64,000 nt of DNA from a bacterium (lineage in GTDB: Bacteria; UBA8248): contig CBDATS010000004.1 of the NCBI GenBank assembly GCA_965200245.1, positions 256,001-320,000 of the forward strand, in the 5' to 3' direction. Position 1 is the first letter of the stretch. Each line of letters begins with the position of its first letter. The position numbers were made by a program, and so were the translations under genes. Positions 1-10,183 of this stretch are shown in pieces. The notes under the pieces are model-generated. The model saw only the letters and a program-made list of their open reading frames with translations. It was not told where the DNA came from and did not search any database.

Positions 1-119
1 ATCGTAAAGATTTATTGTAACAAATTCCGCCTGTATTTGCGCGACCGGAGGGAATCAAACTGACCCACTACCAACCTTGTGGGAGTGTCTCACTTAGAAA
101 AGAATCAAACAGTTACGCA

Positions 120-270
120 GGGCTCATCATGCGGAAGTGCATTCGCCACTCCACGCGTCTTACGAATACACCCTCAAAGCGCCTGGAGAATCAGATGCAC
201 ATACAATCTTTTGAATGGCTTGGACTTACGGTTTCTTTCTGTACCGGACGTGATCAATCTTGCAGAAGAC
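120..270 (+). pseudogene. Eroded IS1-family-like transposase C-terminal remnant
   Basis: Manual translation gives GLIMRKCIRHSTRLTNTPSKRLENQMH and, in another frame, GLDLRFLSVPDVINLAE. This resembles the NLTMRMxMRRFTRLTNAFSKKLENH...GLTDxxWSV C-terminus of IS1-like DDE transposases. AT-richer than the flanks. Confidence 0.45.
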
Positions 271-382
271 TCCGAAATCCTGGCAGATATTCTCATTCCG
301 GCGGGTGATTGGCCTCTCCCCCCTTGGGCGTCAAATACTACAGTTCGCTCCGCCGAACACTCCCCGGTTGATCATGTTCGAT

Positions 383-1684
383 TTACAACTCGATCACGTC
401 CATCGCGTCGGGGTTGAGGATGCGGGGGCCATTCTCCTCCACGATCACCTGTGGCCCGAAGACCATGAACATCCTGTCTTCGTGCGCGGCCTTGACCTCC
501 ACGGCGAGGGCCATGCCCGCCTGCACCTCGAAATCCTCCAAGAAGCCGTAGCGCCCGCCCGCCAGTTCGCACCATTCGGGGTTCTCGGAAAGACTCCCCT
601 CAACGAATGGCTCGCGCCACGGGAAGTTCCGGGGAATATCGCCTGCGCATATCGTCGTCATGGGCGGCTCAATGCCGTCGAGCCCCACCCCGTGCACCTG
701 GGGAATCTCGTGATAATACCCGTTCCGCAAAACCGCCTCGTTCGAGGCACGGTCCACCTCGGACCAGGGCGTGCCCGGCTTCAAGGCGTCGAGCGCGGCG
801 TGGAGGCTTTCGAGCACTGCTTCTCGAATCGGTTTGTAGTCATCATCCATCGGCCCCAGCGACATCGAGGTGTGGGGGTGGCTGTAGTAACCCCCGTAGC
901 GCGAATAATAGCCGATGCACAGCATGTCGCCTGTATGGAGAATCCTGTCCGTGGGCCTTCTGTTCACCGGATAGCCCTTTCCCGAGCACATGATAAGCCA
1001 ACTATCGCGGCCGGGCTCCGCGCCTGCGCGCAGGCTCGCGCTGAAAAGTTCCGCATACACCTCGCTCTCCCGCACGCCTGGGCGGCAGCATCGGAGCACG
1101 GCGTCTATCTCAATGTTCACCATCTCGGCGGCTTTCTCCATCATCGCGACCTCTTCGGCGCTCTTCTTGATCCGCAGACGCGTGAGAATGTCCGAGGCGT
1201 CGGCAAACTCCGCATCTGGCAGAAGCCTTTTCAGGTTCTGATACGTCATGTAGGGAATTGCCCCCTCCGCGCCGTATCCTCCGCCGATCAGGCCGACGAT
1301 ACCGATTTTTCCGCTTTCATACCCCAGTTCCTTGATGGCGTCTGTGGCCACGACGCTCACCTTCCCCTCGTGCCCCCGGTAGCGCACTCCCTCGAAACAC
1401 GACTCGGTGTACCACTTGCCCCAGTTCTGAAGTAACCAGAATGTTACGGGCGCACCTTTTCGGGGAAATACCATGCTGCGCTCCCCGTAATCGCTTCCAT
1501 CAAGCCAGCGGGTGTTGCCGTTGCCGTTCGAGCCGCGCCCGATGACGATGAGACAATCGAGCCCGCGCTCGTCCATGGCGGCGCGCACTGCGTCCCACCG
1601 CCTGTCGCGTTCCTCGCTGGAAAACGAAGCCGCCGCATCGCCAGTGCGGCTGTCTCTTGGGAAAAACCTGGGATCCGTTACCAT
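383..1684 (-). CDS. Xaa-Pro peptidase (M24)/creatinase-like family protein
   Basis: N-terminal FSSEERDRRW...MDERGLDCL creatinase-N domain, LRIKKSAEEV linker, HGVGL motif; AGGAG RBS before ATG at 1684. Confidence 0.85.
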   Translation of the reverse strand: MVTDPRFFPRDSRTGDAAASFSSEERDRRWDAVRAAMDERGLDCLIVIGRGSNGNGNTRWLDGSDYGERSMVFPRKGAPVTFWLLQNWGKWYTESCFEGVRYRGHEGKVSVVATDAIKELGYESGKIGIVGLIGGGYGAEGAIPYMTYQNLKRLLPDAEFADASDILTRLRIKKSAEEVAMMEKAAEMVNIEIDAVLRCCRPGVRESEVYAELFSASLRAGAEPGRDSWLIMCSGKGYPVNRRPTDRILHTGDMLCIGYYSRYGGYYSHPHTSMSLGPMDDDYKPIREAVLESLHAALDALKPGTPWSEVDRASNEAVLRNGYYHEIPQVHGVGLDGIEPPMTTICAGDIPRNFPWREPFVEGSLSENPEWCELAGGRYGFLEDFEVQAGMALAVEVKAAHEDRMFMVFGPQVIVEENGPRILNPDAMDVIEL

Positions 1685-1804
1685 TGGGCTCTCCTGAGTT
1701 TTCGAGTCGAATCTCTTCCGCACGACTGGACGCAGACACGCGGAATCATTTAGCCTCAAGTAGCACTATATCCGCACTATAACAAATGGGCCGGACGCCT
1801 AAAA

Positions 1805-2938
1805 ATGAGTGAAGCACAATTCGTCTGTATCGACTGCGGGGAGGAATATCTCACCGACCTCCCCCGCTGGCGGTGCGACTGCGGCGGCCCTCTGGAATTG
1901 ACACCGAACGGCGTCTTTGCGCGCGAATCCCTGGCTTCCCGTCCTGCCACATTGTGGCGCTACAGGGAGGCGATTCCCGTCAAATCGGATGCGAACATCG
2001 TCAGCATGAACGAGGGCATGACACCGCTCGTCCCCTTCGCTTTCTCGGGTGCAGAAATTCTCTGCAAACTCGATTTTCTCTTCCCCACCGGCTCGTTCAA
2101 GGATCGCGGAGCCACCGTGCTATTGAGCAAGCTGAAGGAGTGGGGACTCGGCCAAGTCCTCATGGATTCTTCGGGCAACGCTGCCGCCGCCGTCTCTGCC
2201 TACGCCGCGCGCGCGGGGATCGAATGCGATGTCTACGTTCCCGCTTCCACCTCTTCGGCCAAGTGCGCGCAAATCGCTGCCTACGGTGCGAGTCTCAGGA
2301 AAATCGAAGACCCTCGATCCGCCGCAACAGCCGCGGCTATCAAAGCGGCGGAAAAACGCTTCTACGCCTCTCATTTCTGGAACCCCTGGTTCAATCACGG
2401 CACCAAGACCTGGGCGTTCGAGGTGTGGGAACAATCGGGCTTTACGGCGCCCGACGCCGTGGTCGTCCCCGCCGGACATGGATCTGCGCTCATCGGCGCC
2501 TACCTGGGCTTTTCGGAACTCCTCCGGGCGGGTCATATCGACGAACTCCCGAGAATCTTCGCGGCCCAGGCGGCGAAGTGCGCGCCGATGGTGAAGATGT
2601 GGGAGGAGAACCTGGAAGTCGTACCCGAAATAGCACCCGAGAACACGCTGGCCGAGGGCATCTCCATCACTGCGCCCGTGCGCTGGAAGCAAATGCGCGA
2701 TGCGGTGCTTGAAAGCGGAGGCAGCTTTGTCGCGGTAGAAGACGAAAAGTTGCCTCCTCTCCTCCGGGAGTTCGGCGCGAAGGGCCTGCTGATGGAACCG
2801 ACGAGCGCCGTCGCCTTCGCAGCTGTCGAGTCATTGAGAGAACACGGCAAGATTACACCGTCCGACGCCGTGGTCGTTCCGGTAACAGGTCATGGCCTCA
2901 AGGCCGCCGATAAGCTCGAAAAGATCATGAGTGTCTGA
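1805..2938 (+). CDS. Threonine synthase-like PLP enzyme (fold type II)
   Basis: N-terminal CxxC...CxCGG, FPTGSFKDRG PLP lysine motif, DSSGNA, EPTSA, TGHGLK. Confidence 0.88.
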   Translation: MSEAQFVCIDCGEEYLTDLPRWRCDCGGPLELTPNGVFARESLASRPATLWRYREAIPVKSDANIVSMNEGMTPLVPFAFSGAEILCKLDFLFPTGSFKDRGATVLLSKLKEWGLGQVLMDSSGNAAAAVSAYAARAGIECDVYVPASTSSAKCAQIAAYGASLRKIEDPRSAATAAAIKAAEKRFYASHFWNPWFNHGTKTWAFEVWEQSGFTAPDAVVVPAGHGSALIGAYLGFSELLRAGHIDELPRIFAAQAAKCAPMVKMWEENLEVVPEIAPENTLAEGISITAPVRWKQMRDAVLESGGSFVAVEDEKLPPLLREFGAKGLLMEPTSAVAFAAVESLREHGKITPSDAVVVPVTGHGLKAADKLEKIMSV

Positions 2939-3663
2939 TGGATTTTCGCCGCACCGAACGGACGAGGGGCGCCTATTTCCGCAAAGGGATGAAACATTGC
3001 GTTCAGGCACCCGGTATCGGACTTTTCGCCGCCATGTCGGGCTTCGGCGCGCTCGCCAGGGACAGCGGTGTCTCGCTCCTCATCGCGTTGGGCATGACAG
3101 GTGGCATGTGGAGCACGCCGGGCCAGGTGGCCTTCGTGGAACTTTTCGGCGCCAGCGTCGGTGGATTCGCGCTCATAGCCTCGGTCACCATTGCCAACGT
3201 GCGGATGTTTCCCCTCACAATCGCCACCATACCCTTGCTGAGGACTCGAACGGGCGTTGAACCCGTACATTTCTGGATGGCCCACATCAACTCGGTCACT
3301 TCGTTCGTTCAGGTCGTAGAGATGAGCCAACACATCCCGGACAAGAGCCTGCGGACCGCCTATTTTTTCGGCTTCACGACCGCCTGCATGTCATTGGGCC
3401 TGCTCGGCACTGCGTCCGGTTACACGATGGCCTCCAGGATGCCCGGCCTCATCGCGCGGACACTCATGCTCATCACGCCGCTCTTCATGCTGTTGCTGGC
3501 CGCCCAGAGCAGCCGGCGCTCTGTCCTGATGTCGGTGGTGCTTGGCTGCGCGCTCGTGCCACTGGGGTATCTCCTCTCCACGAACTGGGGTCTCCTCACG
3601 GGCGGCGTTCTGGCCGGAACACTCGCCTTTGGGGTCGAGAGAATGAGGAAGAACGATGCCTGA
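2938..3663 (+). CDS. AzlC-family amino acid exporter permease
   Basis: Hydrophobic; FGALA...PGQ...ANVRMFP pattern; paired with AzlD-like gene. Confidence 0.8.
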   Translation: MDFRRTERTRGAYFRKGMKHCVQAPGIGLFAAMSGFGALARDSGVSLLIALGMTGGMWSTPGQVAFVELFGASVGGFALIASVTIANVRMFPLTIATIPLLRTRTGVEPVHFWMAHINSVTSFVQVVEMSQHIPDKSLRTAYFFGFTTACMSLGLLGTASGYTMASRMPGLIARTLMLITPLFMLLLAAQSSRRSVLMSVVLGCALVPLGYLLSTNWGLLTGGVLAGTLAFGVERMRKNDA

Positions 3664-3988
3664 TGCCGCGAGCCTTTTGGGAATCGCCATCGTCTGCACC
3701 TATTCCTGGCGGTGGATGGGCGTGCTCGTCGCGGGTCGAATAGAGGACGACAGCCCCGTCTTCGAGTGGGTGACCTGCGTGGCCTACGCCATCGCCACAG
3801 GACTGATGATGAAGATCATCCTTCTGCCCGGTGGCGCGCTTGCCCAGACGAATCTCATCGACCGCCTCGCGGGGCTGGCGGTCTGTATAGGCGTCTTCTA
3901 TGCTGCGGGGAAAAACCTGCTTGCAGGCCTCGGCGCGGGCGTATGTATATTTATGTTGTTGCCGGGCTTGCGGCACCTTTTGCTTTAG
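3656..3988 (+). CDS. AzlD-family small membrane protein
   Basis: TYSWRWMGV motif, 110 aa hydrophobic, overlaps azlC-like gene. Confidence 0.78.
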   Translation: MPDAASLLGIAIVCTYSWRWMGVLVAGRIEDDSPVFEWVTCVAYAIATGLMMKIILLPGGALAQTNLIDRLAGLAVCIGVFYAAGKNLLAGLGAGVCIFMLLPGLRHLLL

Positions 3989-4017
3989 GGGCCGAATCCA
4001 CAGAGAGGAGAAAAACC

Positions 4018-4857
4018 ATGGGCATCACCGAAACCCCCTGGGCCCACGAGAAAAGCTGGCGTGAGGTACGCGAATATCTCGATTCGGGCCAGGATATTGT
4101 CCTCCTGCCCGTGGGGAGCGTGGAACAGCACGGCCCGCATATGCCCATGGGTCACGACGCGCTCGCCGCGCACAACGTCGCTCAAGATGCGGGACAGCGG
4201 GCAGGCGTTCTGGTCTACCCCACACTCTGGTACGGCTGGAGCAATAACCACATGGCGCTTGCGGGCACGATTACGCTGAGACCAGAAACACTCACCGCCG
4301 TCGTGACCGACATCATGAGTAGTCTCCTCTACCACGGCTTCAATCGGGTGGTCCTGGTGAACGGACACCGGAGGGCCAACCTCGCGCCGCTCGAAATCGC
4401 CGTCAACCAGATGCGCCAGAAGACAGGGGCTGTACTCGCCATCGTGGATGTAGGCATCATCGCCTTCGACAGGATTCCTGAAATCAGAACCACGTCCCCC
4501 GGCGGGCAGGGCCACGCGTGCGAACTGGAAACCTCGCATGCTCTTCATATGTATCCTCATCTGGTGGAAATGGAAAAAAGCGCGCCCAATTACTCGAACC
4601 CGAATCCAGATTGGATGACTGCGCACCACATTTCGGATCCGGCGGTGGATGCGCCGCGCTTTTTCTACCCCAAGACGGTCGCCGAATACCGGGCCGAAAT
4701 CGGCGATCAGGGACAATCGGGCGACCCGACGGCGGCAACTGCCGAAAAAGGACACGCCTTCCACGAGGTCGTGGTGGAAAGGCTCATTGGCGTCATCGAG
4801 TATCTGAAAGCCAGAGAGGTGAACATCCAACACCGCCCCGCGCCATTCGATGACTAA
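4018..4857 (+). CDS. Creatininase (creatinine amidohydrolase) family protein
   Basis: PVGSVEQHGPHMPMGHD, VNGH, HACELETS motifs; GAGGAG RBS before ATG 4018. Confidence 0.9.
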   Translation: MGITETPWAHEKSWREVREYLDSGQDIVLLPVGSVEQHGPHMPMGHDALAAHNVAQDAGQRAGVLVYPTLWYGWSNNHMALAGTITLRPETLTAVVTDIMSSLLYHGFNRVVLVNGHRRANLAPLEIAVNQMRQKTGAVLAIVDVGIIAFDRIPEIRTTSPGGQGHACELETSHALHMYPHLVEMEKSAPNYSNPNPDWMTAHHISDPAVDAPRFFYPKTVAEYRAEIGDQGQSGDPTAATAEKGHAFHEVVVERLIGVIEYLKAREVNIQHRPAPFDD

Positions 4858-4895
4858 GGGCGAGCAGCGCAGGTTTTTCGCACCGAAACGGGAGA

Positions 4896-6080
4896 TTGAG
4901 ATTGCCGAAAAGAAAGCCAAGCAGCTATTTCATGGGCTACAAAAGGCCGAGTGGGCCGCCCGGGGCGAGGAATCACCTCGTCGTCGTAAGCGCGATGGAC
5001 AATGCCAATCCCCTGGCGCGGCGGATCGGGAAACTCGTGCGCGAGGCAGTCATCGTGAACACGACATTCGGCAGAAACCTTTTCGGTGAGGATGAGAAGC
5101 AGCACTACCGGGTGATGGGCCGTACGGCGGGTCACCCGAACGTGGGTGCGGCCATCGTCGTGAGCCTGGAGCCCAAAAGCGCACAGGACGTCGCCGACGT
5201 CGCGGCGGAAACCTCACCCTGGATGCCCATCGAAACCCTCACCATCCACGAAACAGGCGGCACACTCCAGACGGCGAACCGGGGGGTGGAGATAGCCCAG
5301 AAACTTTACCGGCACCTGAGCGTTGCGAGGCGCAGGCGATGCCAATTGTCCGAGATCACCATGGGAACAGAATGCGGCGGATCGGACACCACGAGCGGGC
5401 TGGTGGCGAACCCGGTTACCGGGGTGCTTTCGGACAGGATCGTGGACGCAGGGGGCGTCGTCCTTTTTTCGGAAACCATGGAAATCGTCGGCGCCGAGCA
5501 TCTTCTGGCAAAACGCGCGGCGAACAAGAAAGTGCGGGCGAAATTGCTCGGAGCGGTAAAACGCACGATGGACTACGCCCACGAGATGGGGATGGATATC
5601 ATCGGTTGCAACCCGACGGAAGACAACATTCAGGGCGGGCTCTCCTCGATCGAGGAGAAAAGCCTGGGCGCCGTAAAAAAAGCGGGCACGCGGGAGGTCG
5701 TGGATGTTATCGTTCCAGGTGAGCGGACAAGCCGGCGGGGCTGTGTATTTCTGGACGCGCCCAGCGCGGGTGTTGAGAACGTCACGGCTCTGGCGGCGTG
5801 CGGGTCGCAGGCCATCATCTTCAACACGGGAAACGGAAATCCCATCGGTCACCCCGTCTCACCGACCATCAAGGTGACGGCAAACCCCCGCACGGCGGCA
5901 CGCATGGCGGAGAACACCGAGCTTGACATCAGCGGCGTCATGCGTGGTGAACTCTCACGGGATGAAGCCGTAAACCTCCTGCACAAGGAGTTGACGGCCG
6001 TTTTGAGCGGAAAGAGAACACGGGCGGAAATTTTGGATGATACCGAAATCACCGTGAGCCGTTTGGCGCTGAATTTATGA
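4896..6080 (+). CDS. UxaA-family dehydratase large subunit (altronate dehydratase / sulfolactate sulfo-lyase beta-like)
   Basis: GARNHL, HPNVGA, ECGGSDTTSG, GGLSSIEEKSLG, FNTGNG motifs; lacks N-terminal SAF domain. Confidence 0.88.
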   Translation: MRLPKRKPSSYFMGYKRPSGPPGARNHLVVVSAMDNANPLARRIGKLVREAVIVNTTFGRNLFGEDEKQHYRVMGRTAGHPNVGAAIVVSLEPKSAQDVADVAAETSPWMPIETLTIHETGGTLQTANRGVEIAQKLYRHLSVARRRRCQLSEITMGTECGGSDTTSGLVANPVTGVLSDRIVDAGGVVLFSETMEIVGAEHLLAKRAANKKVRAKLLGAVKRTMDYAHEMGMDIIGCNPTEDNIQGGLSSIEEKSLGAVKKAGTREVVDVIVPGERTSRRGCVFLDAPSAGVENVTALAACGSQAIIFNTGNGNPIGHPVSPTIKVTANPRTAARMAENTELDISGVMRGELSRDEAVNLLHKELTAVLSGKRTRAEILDDTEITVSRLALNL

Positions 6081-6152
6081 TTCACAACCGGGCGATTCGT
6101 CCCTTCGCCCAGGATATTATAGATTGATGTATCGATTGGAAAGGAGTTTTTC

Positions 6153-7358
6153 ATGAACAACGCAATCACCCCCGTTCCCGTGGATGGGGACTACGTCGTC
6201 GGCCTCGCGCAGGAATTGATTCGTATTCCGGCGGAAAATCCGCCGGGCGACTGCTCCGAGGTGGCCGAGCGCATTCTCGCGGAACTAAAATCCATCGGCG
6301 TCGATCAAATCACAACTCACGAATACGAGCCGGGAATGCCCAACTTCATCATTCAAGCGGGCGACGGCGGTCCGGGAGGGCACTTCGTTATCGGCGGCCA
6401 CATGGACACCGTGCCCGTCCACCCCGAAGAAACAGACGCCTGGCAAGTCCCCCCCTTCAGCGGCGAACTCAGGGACGGCGAAATCTGGGGACGCGGCGCC
6501 GCCGACATGAAAGGTGCTCTGGCGTCCACCATCGGCGCGTTCAAGGCCCTGAAGGATGAGAAAATCACCATAAACGGAACGCTCACCTGGGTCCTGCTCT
6601 CAGACGGCGAGAAAGGGGATTACTACGGTGCGCAGTCGCTGGTCAACAACGGCGTCTTGAAGGAATTGGACGGCGACATGGTGCTCTACACCGAATCGAC
6701 GGGTAACAACATCATCCGCTCCTTCAAGGGCCGTGTGTTCTTCGAGGTCAAGGTACGCGGCCACTCGGTGCACGTGAGCGTACCCGACAAGGGAATCAAC
6801 GCCATCGAGAAGATGGCGAAGATCATCGACGCATTCAGGGCGGAGCGCATTGCGCCTCCGCCGCATCCCTTCCTGGGGCCGGGCACCCTGGCCTTCTCGA
6901 CCATCAAGGGCGGCTCCGCCGTGAACGTCGTGGGTGGTCGGTGCAGTGCCACCTTCGATGTACGTATGCTGCCGGGGCAGACCTCCGCCGGCGTCAAGGA
7001 GAAGCTCGAAGGCATCCTGGCAGAACTCGCGCTGGGCGATCCCGAGTTCGACGCTTCGGTGGAGATAATGCCGAGCGGAGCGCGCGAGGTCACCGAAATC
7101 GCGGAAGAAGAACCCGTCGTGCAACTCATGGAGCGAGTAGTGCCCGCCGTGCGGGGAACACCGAACGAGTACCTGCCCGGCATCGAGTCTCCGGGCGCAC
7201 TCAGGCTCTTCATCGAGAACGGGATCCCGGGCGTCTTCTTCGGGCCGGGCGAATTCATCTCCGAAGCCCACCTGCCGAACGAGCGCGTACCCGCGCAAAA
7301 TCTCATCGACGCCGCCGGCATGTTCGCCACCGCCGCCAGGGCACATTGCAACGAGTGA
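6153..7358 (+). CDS. M20 family metallopeptidase/deacylase (ArgE/DapE-like)
   Basis: GHMDTVP, GRGAADMKG, NAIEKM, AHLPNE motifs. Confidence 0.9.
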   Translation: MNNAITPVPVDGDYVVGLAQELIRIPAENPPGDCSEVAERILAELKSIGVDQITTHEYEPGMPNFIIQAGDGGPGGHFVIGGHMDTVPVHPEETDAWQVPPFSGELRDGEIWGRGAADMKGALASTIGAFKALKDEKITINGTLTWVLLSDGEKGDYYGAQSLVNNGVLKELDGDMVLYTESTGNNIIRSFKGRVFFEVKVRGHSVHVSVPDKGINAIEKMAKIIDAFRAERIAPPPHPFLGPGTLAFSTIKGGSAVNVVGGRCSATFDVRMLPGQTSAGVKEKLEGILAELALGDPEFDASVEIMPSGAREVTEIAEEEPVVQLMERVVPAVRGTPNEYLPGIESPGALRLFIENGIPGVFFGPGEFISEAHLPNERVPAQNLIDAAGMFATAARAHCNE

Positions 7359-7766
7359 GGAGGGTCCCGAAGCGGCGAAGTCTCTCTCCAGAAACGTCGT
7401 CCTATGTAAATCAAGAAGGCTATAGGCGGAAACACCGTTGTTCCGACATATCGATATATCAGGCTAAATCGTCGTTCCTGAATTCTTTGAAATTTGCTGA
7501 AATTATTAAAATTATTTGTCTTTTAAAATCCTGAGCAGGAATTGCATTCCATAACATGTAAAAGCGAAAGCGGATTCACTACAACCATTGCGCATCCTAT
7601 CGCGTCCCTAGCTGACGTTTACGCAGTTCCCCCGCAAAGTCCAACTTGCAATAGCCTCTTCTCATTTTTCACCGCGATCTTCTACACTCGCTTTGCGCTC
7701 TATAACTTTGTTTCAATACACTTGAATTCGCATGCGTCAGGGACCCTGTATCAGAATCGGGTTGCG

Positions 7767-8054
7767 ATGCAGTTGCAAAACAAGGGAACCTGGCTGAGGA
7801 GCACCCTGCTCGCCGCCGCACTCCTGTTCGGTGCGGCGGCGTTGCGCCGGCCGGGGCCTTTCCCATGCTGGAGTGCGTACATCGTCACCGTCGGCGGGGT
7901 TCCCGGTATCGCGGGGAGCCTGACGCCGTTCTTTCCCACGCTGAGTCCGGTGCGCCAGTTCGCACTGACCGCATTCAGCGTCCGGGCACTGGCCGTCGGC
8001 TTCCTGCTGCTGCGCGGCGCACGCGGATCGGCCGGAGGGTCCACCGCCGGATAG
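7767..8054 (+). pseudogene. Possible membrane-protein gene fragment
   Basis: GC-rich hydrophobic stretch (LLAAALLFG...ALAVGFLLLRG) inside AT-richer DNA; no clear family. Confidence 0.25.
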
Positions 8055-8585
8055 TCAGTGGAATCGTATCTCTCCCTGATTGATACAGTCCATACACACC
8101 GGAACTGTCAAAAAGGGATAGTTGCAAAAACAAATTTGTATTCCTGACTTATCGTAGATGGGTGACCTCAATGCCGCCCCAGTGATCTTTAGGTACTCTG
8201 CCACGAGTCGACGGTGGCGATGATGTGGCTGGTCCTCGCTGCAGAGAAGGCATCCATCATCTATGACATCCTTCGGGGTAGTTTCCTCAATTCGCCGATC
8301 ACGCATCAGTTCGATAAATCGGGGTTCATAGGCCTTCCAGTCCATAGTCCCTGAGCGATACTCACGCAACAATTCTTTCGTGGGGGCGATATCCGGCAAA
8401 TGAATATAGTCTATCCCGCAAATCTCGTCGAGAAAGTATGCGAGATCGTTCTTCTTGGCGAAACCGGCGAGTTGCGAGCCGTTGTTGATTCGGACATCTA
8501 CTACCCGTTTCACACCCGAATTGCGGAGCAGGCTGAAGAAACGGGGTGCCGATTTCTTGGTAAACCCGATGGTGGACAGCTTCAT
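8055..8585 (-). pseudogene. DUF488-family protein, frameshifted near C-terminus
   Basis: TIGFTKKSA...VDVR...LLCSE motifs. One added A near 8189 restores KDHWGGIEVTHLR-stop (~8149). The expected CHR motif reads RHR. Confidence 0.8.
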
Positions 8586-9211
8586 TGGACTGCTCCGGTG
8601 GAAGTGTTGATCAGATTTTCGTCCACGAAGGCAACGCGCCTTGCATGGCGTTCCACTGCTTGGACAACGAGATCCGCCCGGGACATGAACAGTTCGCCTT
8701 CGGGTCGCAGGTTGAAGCGTTCAAGCAAGCGATCCATCGCCTCGCCATGAGTTTCCAACTAGCCGCCGGCGTGGATATGGGCAACTTCGAGGCCACGTTC
8801 ATCAAGTGCCTGCGAGACAAGGAGTGTCCGGTGGCAGTCGAGTGGTTCCTTTTCCGCACACATGAGTGCGATGCAGTGTCTGTCACTCCCGTGAATTATG
8901 CTTTCGAGCCCGCATTGAAACAACTCGGTTGTAGCAACCCGATCATAACGGATGCGTCCGTCTTCGTAGCACTCAGGATTGGTGGAGCGACCACCTGGTT
9001 CGCGACCGAGATATACATACTCGATTCCGCCAGCCTTGTTGAGAGCATCGGCGAGCAAATCGCGATTAAACTGGACGTTAAAGCGACTGTAGGCTACTGA
9101 CCGGACATCGGCCAGGGCAGAGACTTGATGTTGCTGCAGAAGAGAACAGAAAGCCTCCAGGGTATGGGTGGAATGCCCGATGGTGAATATGGGATTGTCG
9201 GTTTTAGCCAT
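8582..9211 (-). pseudogene. DUF488-family protein with in-frame TAG at 8759-8761
   Basis: IFTIGHS, DVRS, ALMCAEKEPLDCHR motifs. The frame continues past TAG (LETHGEAMDRLL...) to TGA overlapping the next ATG (ATGA). Confidence 0.82.
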
Positions 9212-9218
9212 GACTGTG

Positions 9219-9889
9219 TTATTCGGCTTCGATGACTGTTGCGATCAGCTTGTAGCAATAGGCCCCGAATAGTTCCCCGAGGCTGATGGAGAGGTAGCAG
9301 TTATGAAGCTCATAGATACCGTTTGGTTTATTCAGGTACTTTTCCTCATATATGGGATCGGTGAGTGATAGTTTGTATTCCACACTCGCATGCAAAAATT
9401 TGACCGATTACCTTAGGCCTATCCCCAAAACCTGAATGCTCGGATAACCCTAACTTATCGACATGGATTAGTCTCAATGAGTTTGAGACCTTTGCTATCT
9501 GTGAGCGAGGAATCCTGTCGTTCAACTTTCCGGATGCCGCCCAGAGTCGATCCATAGAGAAGCAACAGGATCCACGAGTTCAGAGAACCGATTCCGGGGA
9601 AAAATCCCATCCTTTGTCCAACGAGAGTCAGGATCAAGCAGCCAGTTTTCGGTTTGATGCTTTTCGGGCTGGTGCTTCAGGACCGGGATGGCAATGATGT
9701 CCAGTACCTGTGGGTCCTGGCCATTCCCATATAATCGTTCCTCCTCAGATATTTCCTGCCCCTCTCTTGCACTGACAGGCCGAACCCAGTTCCCTGCTTC
9801 CTGATTTTTGCTCCATTCCCGGCAGCGATGCATCGCCCTCCCGGCTTACGAGAATTGGCCAGGCAAACAATGCGCTTCAACCCGGACAT
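9219..9889 (-). pseudogene. Dual-OB-domain-like protein (DUF488 partner), ~3 frameshifts
   Basis: Pieces in successive frames: KRIVCLANSRKPGGRCIA / WVRPVS...HQTENWL / NDRIP..SLRLI / YKLSLTDP...SISLGE...CYKLIA-stop; shifts near 9823, 9540 and 9400. Confidence 0.75.
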
Positions 9890-10125
9890 GATTGCTATGA
9901 TATTCCTGTTTGTCTTATGAGATGCTCCGACAACCCTGCTGGGCTTAATTTAATGCATAGGTGTACATGGTCAAATAAATCACGAATACTACTGGCTCGC
10001 TGTGATCGGGTTTTTGACGGAACAATTCGATTTATTTTAAATTGTTCACTGTCATTTCGGTAAATGCTGGGATTCAGAACCGGGTTGGGGACAACGCTTC
10101 GACTGATAGGAAACAGAAACGACAA

Positions 10126-10151
10126 AGGGACAAGTCATGGCCTGTCCCTAC
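10126..10151 (-). repeat. Single GTAG-type REP-like palindrome
   Basis: Minus strand reads GTAG-GGACAGG-CCATGA-CTTGTCC-CT: GTAG followed by an imperfect palindrome. Confidence 0.4.
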
Positions 10152-10183
10152 GGAATCGCCAGGCATCTCTCATACTCGTATTC

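Noticed and set aside
260-1435. Long antisense ORFs (also 10698-12245, 12246-13694, 52891-54102, 55882-57291 and others)
   Set aside because: They are shadows of real genes on the opposite strand in high-GC DNA, with no recognisable motifs.
8759-8761. In-frame TAG in DUF488 as pyrrolysine or programmed readthrough
   Set aside because: It is not at a catalytic position, and both neighbouring genes carry frameshifts, so ordinary pseudogenisation is the simpler explanation.
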